This document shows positions 1 to 10,600 of a stretch of 64,000 nt of DNA, piece after piece. The position numbers and the translations under genes were made by a program. Positions within the stretch are counted from its first letter, which is position 1. Every line of letters starts with the position of its first letter. The notes under the pieces were generated by a model. It had not been told where the DNA came from, ran no database searches, and was given only the letters and a program-made list of their open reading frames with translations. Source of the DNA: Candidatus Multivoradales bacterium (lineage in GTDB: Bacteria; Acidobacteriota; Thermoanaerobaculia; Multivoradales; J023); contig CBDFLE010000006.1 of assembly GCA_965248925.1 (NCBI GenBank), forward strand, positions 2,400,001 through 2,464,000. Reading direction: 5' to 3'.

Positions 1-1480
1 CCCACAATGCTCCAGCCGGCACCTGCAAGCGACGGCGAGACCGCTCCACCTCGAAGGCTTCGACCCGGTGCCGCCCCTGGTAGGGGAGAGGGGCAAATTG
101 GGGCTCTGACAAATGCGCAAGCTCAGCCTCCAGCTCGCATGGCTGCTCGATGCGCCGCCACTCGAGACCGTGCGCCGCCAGCCGCTGCTCGATCGCCGGC
201 CAACCCGGCAGGATCAAATAACCCCTGGGCCGGGGCAAAGTCAGTACCGCCTCGGCGATGTGGATCCACGGCACCTCGAGACCCACCGGGTCGAGCAGCT
301 CACCCCGCTGGTAGTGCAGCAGGGGCACTCCAAGCACCTTTGATGGCCGATGTTGCCAACGATAGACCGGCCAGCGGATGGTGTCGCCGGTGTCCTGCTG
401 CTGCCAGGAGACGACGATTTGCGAGGGCTCGGCCTGGGCCGCGCCGCGCTGTTTAGTCTCGTCTCTGGCGCGCAGAATCGCCCGCCGCAATGCAGCGCCA
501 TCGCTCGACAGTCGCGAGACCAGCGCGCGGAGAAACTCCGCCAGCGCCCCCACCCGCTGCCGGTAGGGTTTGTAAGAGTGCATTTCCACCAGGATCGAAG
601 GGCGGTGGCGGAGGGGGAAATAGCCACCCGAGTAGCGCGGTTCGCCGACCCAGGAACTGAAGCCGCGAGCGGGGTCGTTGCGGTCGTTCAGGCCGGCATA
701 GGGCCCGGTCGGATAACCCGCCGCTGTGACCCTCGCCAAGGCTGGCGGCAAGTTGGCTCGCAACCAGTGATCGATCGCCGGGTGAATCTGCGGCGCTTCG
801 ACCCACGACCAGGTGAGTACCCAGGCATGGTCCGAGCCATCGGTGACGTGGTTGTCGACATGCAGATCCGGCTGCCAGTCGGCGACCAGACGCAACAAGG
901 CGCGGGCTTCGACCGATTCGGCCTTCAAATGGTCGCGGTTGAGGTCGAGGCCAGCGGCGGTGGTGCGAAATCCCATGCCCTCGACCGGCCCGTCTTGATT
1001 GGGTCGGTTATGGGGGGAGACCCGCTCGTGGCCATCGACGTTGTAGATCGGAATGATCAGCAAGATCACCCCTCGGATCAACTCTGGCCGCCGCTCGAGG
1101 GCGATATCCCGCAACAGCTCGAGCGTGGCGTCCTTACCGTCGATCTCGCCCGCGTGGATACCGCTCTGGATTAGCAGGATCGGCTGGCCGCTACGCCGCG
1201 CCGCGGCGGCGGAGAAGTGGCCGTTCGCCGAGACCACCACCAAGGGCAGCGCCCGCCCCGAAGCCGAACGGCCGAAAGTGTCGAGATGGATCTTGGGCGA
1301 GTGGCTGGCCAAACGCTCGAGATAGGCCAGGGTCTCGGCATAAGAAGGGGTAGAACGGTAGGACGCCAACTCCGCCGGGGTGGCCCACTCCGGGTCGCTG
1401 GCTTGCGCGACAGCCACCCCTATTTCGGCAAGCAGACAGAACAAGACAAGAACCCGCAACAACATCGGCCGATTGAGCAT
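1..1480 (-). CDS. Secreted M14-family zinc carboxypeptidase (3' end runs off the window)
   Basis: Not in the ORF track. Manual minus-strand translation from ATG 1480 (AGGAGG RBS upstream) gives a signal peptide, then IQSGIHAGEIDG, IPIYNVDGHE, GLDLNRD and HVDNHVTDG, the M14 zinc-binding motifs. Confidence 0.85.
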   Translation of the reverse strand, partial: MLNRPMLLRVLVLFCLLAEIGVAVAQASDPEWATPAELASYRSTPSYAETLAYLERLASHSPKIHLDTFGRSASGRALPLVVVSANGHFSAAAARRSGQPILLIQSGIHAGEIDGKDATLELLRDIALERRPELIRGVILLIIPIYNVDGHERVSPHNRPNQDGPVEGMGFRTTAAGLDLNRDHLKAESVEARALLRLVADWQPDLHVDNHVTDGSDHAWVLTWSWVEAPQIHPAIDHWLRANLPPALARVTAAGYPTGPYAGLNDRNDPARGFSSWVGEPRYSGGYFPLRHRPSILVEMHSYKPYRQRVGALAEFLRALVSRLSSDGAALRRAILRARDETKQRGAAQAEPSQIVVSWQQQDTGDTIRWPVYRWQHRPSKVLGVPLLHYQRGELLDPVGLEVPWIHIAEAVLTLPRPRGYLILPGWPAIEQRLAAHGLEWRRIEQPCELEAELAHLSEPQFAPLPYQGRHRVEAFEVERSRRRLQVPAGALW

Positions 1481-1642
1481 GACAAGACCTCCTGATCCGG
1501 AAGCAACAAGAGCTGTACCGCGAGTGGACTCTACCCGGCTCTACGCCGTTTGCGGCCAGGAGTTGCGCGGTGCAGGGTTCTCATCGACCCGAGGCTCTGG
1601 CAGACTGCGTTTGCTGCCGCGCTCGATCTTTGGAGACCGTTG

Positions 1643-2653
1643 ATGCCCACCATCCCACGACCGCTTGTAACCCCTGAAGACGCCGCCGTCTGGGCCGCCG
1701 AGCACTATGGCATCGAAGGCCAAGTGAAGGAGCTGCCGAGCTACGCTGACCGCAACTTCATGATGGACTCCGCCGCCGGCCGGTACGTCCTGAAAATTTC
1801 CCACAACGACACCTTCCGGCAAGACCTGGAACTCGAGAACGCGATCATGGCTCGCCTCGCCGAGAGCGACTTGGGAGTTGCCGTAGCACGGGTCCTGCGG
1901 GATCGCGGCGGGCAGCGAATCGGCGAACTGGACACCGCGGAAAGCTCCTATCTAGCTCGAATGCTGACCTTCTTACCTGGCCGGCCGCTGGCCGAATCGC
2001 CGCCCAAAGAGCTACGCCAGTTCGAAAATCTGGGCGCCTTGGTCGGCCGCTTGGACGCGGCGCTGGAGGACTTCGTACATCCTCGGGACGGGCGGCGGCA
2101 CAGCTGGGATCTTCGTCACGGCGCCGCTCATCGCGATCTGGTGCGCTGGGTCGAAGATGGCGTGGATCGGCGGCTGGCCGAACGAGCCTTCACCCGCTTC
2201 ACCGACCTTGCCTGGCCGCGCCTACCCAGCCTGCGCCAGTCGGTCATCCACAACGACGTCAACGACTACAACCTGTTGCTCGACGACCCGGGTGAACTCT
2301 GCGGCCTGATCGACTTCGGCGATGTGGTGCGCACCGCAACGGTCTGCGACCTGGCCATCGCCTGCGCCTACGCCGCGTTACGCCAGCAAGAACCTTGGCC
2401 CGTGGTCGAGGCTGTGGCGCGGGGCTACCACGCCGTCTATCGCCTGCGAGAAGAAGAGATCGAGCTGCTCCACCCGCTGCTCCTCGGCCGGTTGGCGATC
2501 AGCGTGGTGATGTCCTTCAAAGAGCAACGGCAAGAACCCGACAACAAATACCTGACGGTCACCCAACGGCCGGCCCTGACCGCCCTGGCCAAGCTGATCG
2601 AACTGCCCCCGGCCGACGCCGCGAGCCGCTTTCGCCAGGCTTGCGGCGGATAG
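1643..2653 (+). CDS. Aminoglycoside phosphotransferase / hydroxylysine kinase-like protein
   Basis: Motifs YVLKI, IHNDVNDYNLL and GLIDFGD; GGAGA RBS before ATG 1643. Confidence 0.85.
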   Translation: MPTIPRPLVTPEDAAVWAAEHYGIEGQVKELPSYADRNFMMDSAAGRYVLKISHNDTFRQDLELENAIMARLAESDLGVAVARVLRDRGGQRIGELDTAESSYLARMLTFLPGRPLAESPPKELRQFENLGALVGRLDAALEDFVHPRDGRRHSWDLRHGAAHRDLVRWVEDGVDRRLAERAFTRFTDLAWPRLPSLRQSVIHNDVNDYNLLLDDPGELCGLIDFGDVVRTATVCDLAIACAYAALRQQEPWPVVEAVARGYHAVYRLREEEIELLHPLLLGRLAISVVMSFKEQRQEPDNKYLTVTQRPALTALAKLIELPPADAASRFRQACGG

Positions 2654-3069
2654 CGGCAGCACTTCAGAGCAGATCCAGCCAGCTGGCGTTGGCTCAAGGT
2701 AGCAGCTACTATCTGAGTAGCGGCCTTGATCGTCGTAGCTAACTTAGGGGAGTTCCCGGCTTCGCAGCGGCCGCAAAACCGTATAGCCTATGTGGTTATC
2801 TGCACTTTGGTTGATTTCGTTCGGTTCTTCTTCGGCAATATGGCGCGCTGAGCGCCTGCACTGAGTCGAGTTGCCTGGCGGCCATTCGACCGTGTTTCGC
2901 CCATAGTGGCCGCTTGTCGGTGGCCCAGCAGCGCTAGTAGAGCGTAAGAATCGTAACTATACGCAGATACATAATGCTAAGTGGCACACTGCGTACCACT
3001 TTCACCCTAAATGAAGCCACGGGTCTTGGGAGAGAACCCTGGCTTCCTCTTGCACTCAGGAGACGGCTC

Positions 3070-3147
3070 ATGATTCGCGTCAACCTTCAGCTCTGTCAGC
3101 CGAACACCCATCATAGCTACCATCCCAACTTCGATCCCCTCGGCTAG
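3070..3147 (+). CDS. Putative 25-aa micropeptide MIRVNLQLCQPNTHHSYHPNFDPLG
   Basis: AGGAGA RBS at 3058-3063, then ATG 3070 to TAG 3147. Lies upstream of a TPR gene. Its C-terminus resembles the peptide at 63275-63310. Confidence 0.5.
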   Translation: MIRVNLQLCQPNTHHSYHPNFDPLG

Positions 3148-3305
3148 TCTAAAGAAAAAACCAGAGACCGCTGAAAAGTCCTAGACTCAGGCCAGTTTCC
3201 GATTTGGCTTGGTGCTGGACGCAACTTCCGGTATACTTCCCGGAACTTAGTGTCCTGGAATTCCTCTCATCCGCTGTGATTGTGTCTAGTCTCGTTGCGT
3301 CAGTA

Positions 3306-4331
3306 ATGGAAGATCTAGTAGATAGCACTCGCCGAAGCCCGGCTTTTTTGGAGAGATACCTGAAAGCCGTTGAGTCTGTGCGCCTAGAGAATCCTAAAGA
3401 GGCTTTCGAGATGGCCGAGACGGGTCTTCAGCTGGCAGCGCAGATCTCCCAAACCGTCTACGGATATCAGACTTGCCAATTGGTGATCGCCAAAGCTTGG
3501 GGCGCGCTGGGCGGCACCTTTCGTGCGATAAACCGGTTTGACGAGGCCGAGTGGTCTTACCGTACAGCAGCCTGCTATCTGAGATGGGCCGCAGCAGGGA
3601 AAGTCGAGAAGGCTGAACTCTGCCGTCGTCTGGCATTCCTGAGAAGAGACCAGGGAAAATTCCGGGAATCACGCCGCTTGCTAACCCTTGCAATCGAATT
3701 CTACCGCTCGGAACACCAAACCAGCCTCCTCGGCCAAGCGTTCGCCGATATGGGCCGAGTCCTTCTTACCGAGAGTGAAGATCCTCGGACGACTGAGCGC
3801 TACCTACTGCGCGCTCTGGATTGCTTGTCCGAAGAAGACGAGGCGTACGTCCTCTCGGTCCGTTTCAGTTTGCTTGCCCTCTACTGTGAACACGGCGGCG
3901 GTTTGGGCGAGCCCCAAGCGCTTCTAGAGCTGGTGCAGGAGATCAAGACGCACCCCATGTTCACCGAAGGTTCGGCTCTCCAGGCCGATGTTTTGCGGCT
4001 AGAAGGCTTAGCCCTCAACCGGGCCGGCAGACCGACCGAAGCAATTCGGATACTCGGCAGGGCACGGGATCTATTCCTCTGTCACGAAAATGGACTGCAC
4101 GTCGCAATAACGTCTATGGAGTTGGCAATGATCTGGCTTCAGCTCGGTTCCTACGAGGAATGCCAGCGCCTCGCTGGCGAGCTGTTCCCAATCTACAAGT
4201 CCCTGAAGAAGGATCGTGAAGCAGCAGCGGCCCTTGCGCTTTTCATCAAGAGCGCAACCGACGGCCAACTGGATGCGGCGGTCACTCGTCAAGCGTTGGC
4301 ACGCCTACAAACGCAAGTCAAAAATTCCTGA
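3306..4331 (+). CDS. TPR-repeat protein (paralog 1 of the local family)
   Basis: Helical repeats (AKAWGALGGTFR, LAFLRRDQGKFRES) and a C-terminal LAGELFPIY..DREAAAALALF block shared with 62194-63204. Start uncertain; the ORF opens at 3204. Confidence 0.75.
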   Translation: MEDLVDSTRRSPAFLERYLKAVESVRLENPKEAFEMAETGLQLAAQISQTVYGYQTCQLVIAKAWGALGGTFRAINRFDEAEWSYRTAACYLRWAAAGKVEKAELCRRLAFLRRDQGKFRESRRLLTLAIEFYRSEHQTSLLGQAFADMGRVLLTESEDPRTTERYLLRALDCLSEEDEAYVLSVRFSLLALYCEHGGGLGEPQALLELVQEIKTHPMFTEGSALQADVLRLEGLALNRAGRPTEAIRILGRARDLFLCHENGLHVAITSMELAMIWLQLGSYEECQRLAGELFPIYKSLKKDREAAAALALFIKSATDGQLDAAVTRQALARLQTQVKNS

Positions 4332-4333
4332 CC

Positions 4334-4738
4334 TTATTCTCTCCTGATTTGCTGCGCCTCAAGCTTGGTCCTGAGCCATCGGACCTCATCCGGTGCCAAC
4401 CGACCTGCATACATCTGATCCAGTCTTTCTAGGGTCTTGGCCAGCGCCGCTCGGACCTCCGGATTGTCCTCGGGAGTCCCCATGAACTCATCCAGCCAAT
4501 CCACCGGAACAGTCTCGGGACTCGCGTCAATGCCTTCAAGCGCGTTCTGTAAATCATGAAAATCGTACCCTAGCACTTCAAGATAGGCATTCAGACTCAT
4601 CACGTCGGGGGTCTCTTCGCCGCTCTCCCAGCGCTCTAGAACCTCGGCACTAGGGGCCGTATCGGCCAGCGCCGAGGCCTCGGCGCGGGTCATCTTGATC
4701 GAATCTCTCAGGGCTTTCAAGGCTTCAGCAACTCGCAT
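4334..4738 (-). CDS. XRE-family HTH protein, convergent with the TPR gene
   Basis: ALKALRDSIKMTRAEAS...LERWESGEETPDVMSL..YLEVLG is an HTH_3-like pattern. Confidence 0.7.
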   Translation of the reverse strand: MRVAEALKALRDSIKMTRAEASALADTAPSAEVLERWESGEETPDVMSLNAYLEVLGYDFHDLQNALEGIDASPETVPVDWLDEFMGTPEDNPEVRAALAKTLERLDQMYAGRLAPDEVRWLRTKLEAQQIRRE

Positions 4739-4758
4739 CTTGACGATAGCCTAGCAGG

Positions 4759-7203
4759 GTGTCTCAACCGCCTGCCAAATCGACTCGCAGCTCTTCCTCC
4801 GTGAGCCCTGACGCTCTGCCGATCGAGGCTCTTCGTCAGCGTTTCCTGATCGCCCTGGAGCAGGGTCCAGTGGTGGTGACCTCCCCTACTGGTTCAGGCA
4901 AGTCCACCTGCGTGCCGCGCTGGTGCCCTGGCAGGGTGCTGGTGGTGGAACCGCGGCGGGTCGCTTGCCGGGCGTTGGCGCAGCGAGTGGCCGAACTCGA
5001 AGGCCGCAAGCTGGGACAAGAGGTCGGTTATCAGGTGCGCGACGAGCGTCGTTTCGGCCCCAACACCCGCATCGTCTTCGTCACTCCGGGCATCGCGCTG
5101 CGCCTCGGCGATGCCGCCTTGGCTCGCTTCAATACCGCCATCCTCGACGAGCTGCACGAGCGTAGCCTGGAGGTCGATCTGCTGCTGGCCTTGCTGCGCC
5201 AGCGCTTCGGCGGCAGGCTGGTGGCGATGTCGGCCACCATCGATGGCGAGCGGGTGGCGCGGTTCTTGGGCGGCGAGCACCTCCAGTCCGCGGGCCGGTT
5301 GTATCCGGTGGAAATCCATCACTTGGCGGGAAATGCGCTGCTGCCCGATTCTCGCGGCCTCGAGGAACGGCTGCAAGCAGCTCTCGCTCACAGCGGCCAG
5401 CTAGCCGGTGACGTGCTGGTGTTCTTGCCCGGCAAAGGCGAGATCGAGAACTGCGCGGCGATCCTGGCCGGGCGCGCCGAGATCGAGGTGCTCAAACTGC
5501 ACGGCGGTCTGAGCCTGGCGCAGCAGAACCGGATCTTCGCTCCATCGGCCAAGCGCAAGGTGGTGCTGTCGACCAACGTCGCCGAGACTTCAATCACCCT
5601 CCCCGGCACCACCGTGGTGATCGACTCGGGACTGGTACGCCAGACCCGCTACCACCGGGGCCGCGGTTTTCTCACTCTGGTGCCGATCGCCCGCGACAGC
5701 GCCGAACAACGGGCCGGCCGCGCCGGCCGCACCGCGCCAGGGGTGGCCTACCGACTGTGGGACTCCGCCGCACAGCTGGAGGCGCGCACGCCACCAGAGA
5801 TCTTCCGCGAGTCCTTGCTGCCGCTGGTGCTCGGCGCCGCCGAATGGGGCGTGCCGGCGGACCAGCTGACCATGCTCGATCCGCCGCCAAGCCACGCCCT
5901 CGAAGCTGCAACCGAGGAGCTTCGAGCCCTACAAGGCCTTGATTCGGCAGGCCGGATCACCGCGGTCGGCCACAAGCTTCACGGTCTGCCCCTCGACCCA
6001 TCGATGGGCCGCTGGCTGGTGGAGGCTCAGCGCCGCGATCCTGAGCAACAGCTCGGCCTGCTCGCCGACACGATCGACTTGACCGCCGCCCTGGCGGTGG
6101 ACCGGCCCCTGCTGCGCAAGCTGCGGCCGGACCCTGATGCCGACGATCCGATCGAACGGTCACCCTGCGATGCGGTGGCGTTGATCGCCGCGCTGCGCTG
6201 CCGCGAGTACGGAGCACTGCTGTGCTTCCCCTCTTCCTTGAACGAGGCCCAGCGCCATCGCCGCCGTCTGCGGCAAGTCTTCGCTATCGAAGGTCCGCTG
6301 ACCGAGCTAGCTCCCAAGGCCCTCGATCGGCAACGTCTAGCCGCCGCCCTACTGGCGGCCGACCCCCGCCTGGCCCATCTCGCCCGGGTCCGCGGCCGGC
6401 GCACCGGCTGGAGCAACGGCGGCACCGAGATCGAACTCGGCCGCGACAGTCGGGCCAAGGGCGCCGAGGGGGTCGAAGCCATCCTGGTGCTCGAAAGCCG
6501 GGCGCTGGGCCTCGCCGGCAAAGAGACGCGGATCCTGGCCAGCCGAGCGATGCCGGTGCCAATCCGCTGGCTGGCCGATGCTGGCCTGGGGCGTGAGAGG
6601 CTGGCCGAAGTGAGCCTGAAGGACCATCGGGTCGTCACCAAGATCGAACGGGTCTTCGCCCGCCGAACCCTGGGGACCCGCGAAGAAGTTCCCCAGGGTG
6701 CCCTCGCCCTGCAAGCGATGACCCAGCTCTACCTCAGCGGAAAGCTGTTCGCGGCCGCGGCCGAACGTAGCCGCCAGCGGCTCGCTACCGCCCGTCGTGG
6801 TCAGCTGGGAGCAGCTCTGCGAACGGGTCGTGAGCATTGGCGCGAGGCCGTGGGGGAGATCTTCGGCAAACCGGTCCCTGAGCTAGAACCCTGGGTGAGC
6901 GAGCGACTGGCCCAGCTCGGCGTCGAGCACGGCGAGGACCTGGCCCTGCTATCCCCCGGCGACCTGCTGGCACCTGAGCTGCCCACTTGGATCCACCAAG
7001 AGATCGAGCGCGAGCTGCCGGCTGAGATTCAGCTACCGACCGCCAGGTATGGCCTGGACTATGACTTCCCTGCCCGCCAAGTCACCCTGCGAGCGGTGGA
7101 GGGCAAGCCGCGCCAGCCTCCAGATCCGCTCTACCTACCGCGTCTGACCGGTCTCGCCGTGCTGTGCCTGCACCGCGGTAGCTTGCTAACCCTACGTTCT
7201 TGA
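4759..7203 (+). CDS. hrpB: HrpB-like DEAH-box ATP-dependent RNA helicase
   Basis: SPTGSGKST, EPRRVA, DELH, MSAT, STNVAETSITLPG and QRAGRAGR motifs, plus an HA2-like region. Confidence 0.85.
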   Translation: MSQPPAKSTRSSSSVSPDALPIEALRQRFLIALEQGPVVVTSPTGSGKSTCVPRWCPGRVLVVEPRRVACRALAQRVAELEGRKLGQEVGYQVRDERRFGPNTRIVFVTPGIALRLGDAALARFNTAILDELHERSLEVDLLLALLRQRFGGRLVAMSATIDGERVARFLGGEHLQSAGRLYPVEIHHLAGNALLPDSRGLEERLQAALAHSGQLAGDVLVFLPGKGEIENCAAILAGRAEIEVLKLHGGLSLAQQNRIFAPSAKRKVVLSTNVAETSITLPGTTVVIDSGLVRQTRYHRGRGFLTLVPIARDSAEQRAGRAGRTAPGVAYRLWDSAAQLEARTPPEIFRESLLPLVLGAAEWGVPADQLTMLDPPPSHALEAATEELRALQGLDSAGRITAVGHKLHGLPLDPSMGRWLVEAQRRDPEQQLGLLADTIDLTAALAVDRPLLRKLRPDPDADDPIERSPCDAVALIAALRCREYGALLCFPSSLNEAQRHRRRLRQVFAIEGPLTELAPKALDRQRLAAALLAADPRLAHLARVRGRRTGWSNGGTEIELGRDSRAKGAEGVEAILVLESRALGLAGKETRILASRAMPVPIRWLADAGLGRERLAEVSLKDHRVVTKIERVFARRTLGTREEVPQGALALQAMTQLYLSGKLFAAAAERSRQRLATARRGQLGAALRTGREHWREAVGEIFGKPVPELEPWVSERLAQLGVEHGEDLALLSPGDLLAPELPTWIHQEIERELPAEIQLPTARYGLDYDFPARQVTLRAVEGKPRQPPDPLYLPRLTGLAVLCLHRGSLLTLRS

Positions 7204-7264
7204 GCCTTCGCCGCGAATAGAAAGAGCCGCGGCCTTGGCGCCGAGGCTCGTTGGCCAGCACCCT

Positions 7265-7576
7265 CTAGCTGTCGTCGCTCGCTGACATCTCGGTGCTATC
7301 GCGAATTTTCTTCTGCACCGCATCACCGAGGAAGGGAGAAACATAAGCGGCAACGATCAGCGGCAGACCAAGAATCAAACCAAAGCCGGTCAGGCACAGC
7401 AGGAAGCCCACCATGATCAGGCAACCCGGATTGCAACCGCCGGCCTCATCCTCTTTGGCGCGACGCCTCCTTCTCTTGCGACGCTTTCCATCCCGCTCGT
7501 GGTCTACTTCCGCAACTTCGATTTCTTCGGGTTCTTCCATCGGCTGGGTCTCTCCGGCACTGGGGCCAGCGGCCAT
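7265..7576 (-). CDS. Small membrane protein of unknown function
   Basis: Acidic/basic N-terminus followed by a hydrophobic hairpin, GCLIMVGFLLCLTGFGLILGLPLIVAA. Confidence 0.55.
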   Translation of the reverse strand: MAAGPSAGETQPMEEPEEIEVAEVDHERDGKRRKRRRRRAKEDEAGGCNPGCLIMVGFLLCLTGFGLILGLPLIVAAYVSPFLGDAVQKKIRDSTEMSASDDS

Positions 7577-7677
7577 TGGTTGTCGCAGCTCTTGCAGGGT
7601 TCGGATGCAGGGTTAAACGCTGCCTCAGTCTAGCAGAGCGGCAGCTCTGAGCCGACCTTGGCCGGCGGTTCCAGGAG

Positions 7678-10600
7678 TCAAGGGGTAGCCTCGCCCGTGG
7701 CGCTCACCCGCAGTCGCGCACCGGCCGAATAAGCGGCGAATTCGGGCGCATACATCGACTGCACCTCGGCGGGGCCAACCCTGAAGGTGCCGGCATGAGT
7801 GGCTCGCAGTCGGTAGCGCAAGACCACCTCGCCGACCGGCAACCGCTCGAAGAAGAAGTTGGTAGCGCTGTCGCGCGGCTCCTCGTAATACCCCACACCC
7901 GTCTGCCAACGGTATCCCGAGCGTGGATTCTCGGGCTCGAATCCCGCCGCCCGCGGATCGCGCAGATGGACATACTCGGCGGCATGCTGGGTACGCAGCA
8001 CCAGCTCGACTTGCAGCTGGTCGCCGACCGCGATCTCGGCCGCGGCGACGAGCGGCTCGATCAACCACTCATGCCCATCGTGCCAACGGCGGAAGTAGCG
8101 ACGCTCGACGGCAAAGAAATCCCCCACCGCGGTTTCTGGCAAGCGTTCGCTAGAGAAATGCCAAGTCGCAGACGCGAACATCAAACCCGGGGTCTTCTTA
8201 GCCACCTCGATGCGGGCCATGGAAGGCTCGATCGCGGCTCCTTCGACCACCAACTGACGTCCTTTGCCGGTATAGCTATCGGGCTCGAAGACGAAGCGCC
8301 GGCGGCGTGAGCCGATTCGCACCACCGCTTCCTCGCGCACCGCCAGGCTCTGTTCGTCGGCCAAGTAGTGGGCCAGGGCGTAGACTACTTCGGCGGTGGC
8401 ACGGGTCGATTTCCAATGATTGAGCTTCTTGTTCAACATCAGCCATTGGGCTAGGCCGTGGCGGCGTGAGTCTTCGGGATCGATCTCCATCAGCGCGCGC
8501 AGGGCGAAAGCATGGCTCTCGATGGTGTCGTTGTACCACAGCCAAGAACGCTCCTCCGGCGCCCAATAAGTACCGAGTCGCGGATCGCTCTTGGCCGAAT
8601 CCATCAGACTGTCGAAAAGCAGCCGCGCATCCTGCTGCCGTCCCTGGCGATGGAGGGCCAAGGCCAGGTACGCCTTCAACCGCGGCGCCGCTTGGCGCCA
8701 GTGCTGGAAGCCGTGGTCGAGTAAGGCCCGCCGATCGTCATCGCTGAAGACTCCGTCGGTCCACGACGCGTCGGGATAGCTCGACAGCACGTAAGCCAGG
8801 TAGGCGCCAGTTGGCCAAGGTAAATTCTCGGCAAGACGCTCATCCCGGTCCAGGCGATAGCTCTGCTCGACATAGCGCCAGGCGCGGGCAACCAGCTGCC
8901 GCGGCACCTCGACGTCGTGTTCCAATGCCCGCGCTAGACCGTCGAGCAAATAGAGGGTGATGTAGGGCGAAGGCGGCCCGCCTGGCCACCAAGGGAAGCC
9001 GCCAGCGGCGGTCTGGACGCGCTCTAGTTCAGCCAAAGAAGTATCGCGCTGGGCGCGAGCGATCACCGGGTCCAACACCTTGATCAAGCCCTCGGCGGCG
9101 GCCTCGCCACCAGCTGCCGCCACCCTCCAGGGGGTTTCTTCGAGCAGCAACTGGCGGTTGGGATCCTCCTGCCGCCAAGCTTCCAGCCGCGTCTCGCGCT
9201 TCGCAAGATTCTCTGCCAGGCGGCTGATCGCCGGATATTGATCGAAGAGGGTGGCCACAATCCCGGTCGACAAGAAGCGATTCAGGGTTTGCTCGACACA
9301 CTCATAGGGGTATTCGACCAAGTAAGGCAAGGCGGCTAGTACGCCGTAGAAGAGCTGCCCGTCCAGGGTGACCACTAACTGCTCGTCGATCCGCGTCGGA
9401 TCGTCTTGGCGCGCCAAGTCGGCAAACTCCAACCGCTCGACCGCGTCACCCGACAGGGCGACGAAGCGACTTTGGGTCAAGTGCAAGCGGCTAGGCAGCA
9501 CCGCCAACGGCCGCACCTCGCCATCGCCCAGCGCACCCGCTCGAGCCATAACCCGCACCGCAAGGGGACCAATCCTTGGCGGTACGGTAAGCGCAAAGCG
9601 CAGCTCGCTGCCAGCGCCAGGTTCAACCGCGAAGGTCCGCCGCGCTTGCGCCGCGGTGAGGCCAAATTCCTCGAGCAAGCTGACCTCGGTCCGAGGATCA
9701 AAGAGCTCGAAGGTCAGCTCGCCGGCCAAGGGTCGGTCGCCAGCATTGTTGACCACAACCTCGATGGCGGTCTGGTCGCCGGCACGCAGGAAGCGCGGCA
9801 AGTAGGGCCGAACCAACAGATCCTTGACCGTCCGCGTCTCAGCCTGCGCTCGGCCCGAAGAAAACTCGCGGGTCAATGCGTGCGCCCAAACCCGCCACTC
9901 GGTCACCGAGTCCGGCACGGTGAACTGCAAAGCAACTCCTCCTTCCTCATCGGTCAGCAGATGGGGAAACCAGAAGGCGGTTTCGGAGAAATCACTGCGC
10001 AGTTCTGGCGCCGCGGTCGGCGGCGGCGCGGCGGGAGGGCGGGCCGATAAATCGGCCATTTCCGCTTGCACAACGACCGGAGTTTGGGCGCTGACCACCA
10101 CGGCCTCCGCCATCTCCTGCCCTTCTTGGGCCATCGCAGAAGAGCCGAAGACCTTCATTACCTGCCTTCCACGACGCCCGAAACCACCGATCGGATAGCT
10201 GTCGAAGAATTTCAGTCGATCGCCCTGAAAACTTGGAAAAGGAGGCAAATCGATCCACCCCTCGGCCCTATTCCACACCTGAGATGCATGGCCCAAAGAG
10301 CTACGAAAACCCAGACCACCGCCGTACACCGGATATACCGATCGCGGATCATGGGGGCGATGCTGAGCGAAGAGATCCAGACTGCGATCGTACATGTAGG
10401 CCAAGATCTCGGCCTCCCCAGCTCCTACCGGCTGTCCATCCTGGCGCCGCACCTCAAGTCGCCAGGTTTCGGCGCCGCCCGGCCGCAGGCGGTCGCGGAA
10501 GGTAGAGAAAGCCAGCTGCAAGTGACGGTTATCCCACGGCACGGCGATCTGCCGACTCAACGTCATCATTTGATGATCGCGCAGCGCTCGCAGCGTAACG

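Noticed and set aside
7-1495. Plus-strand ORFs such as 350-1174
   Set aside because: They are shadow ORFs opposite the minus-strand M14 peptidase. The same applies to the long antisense ORFs over A2M, act/cta, RHS and the transposases.
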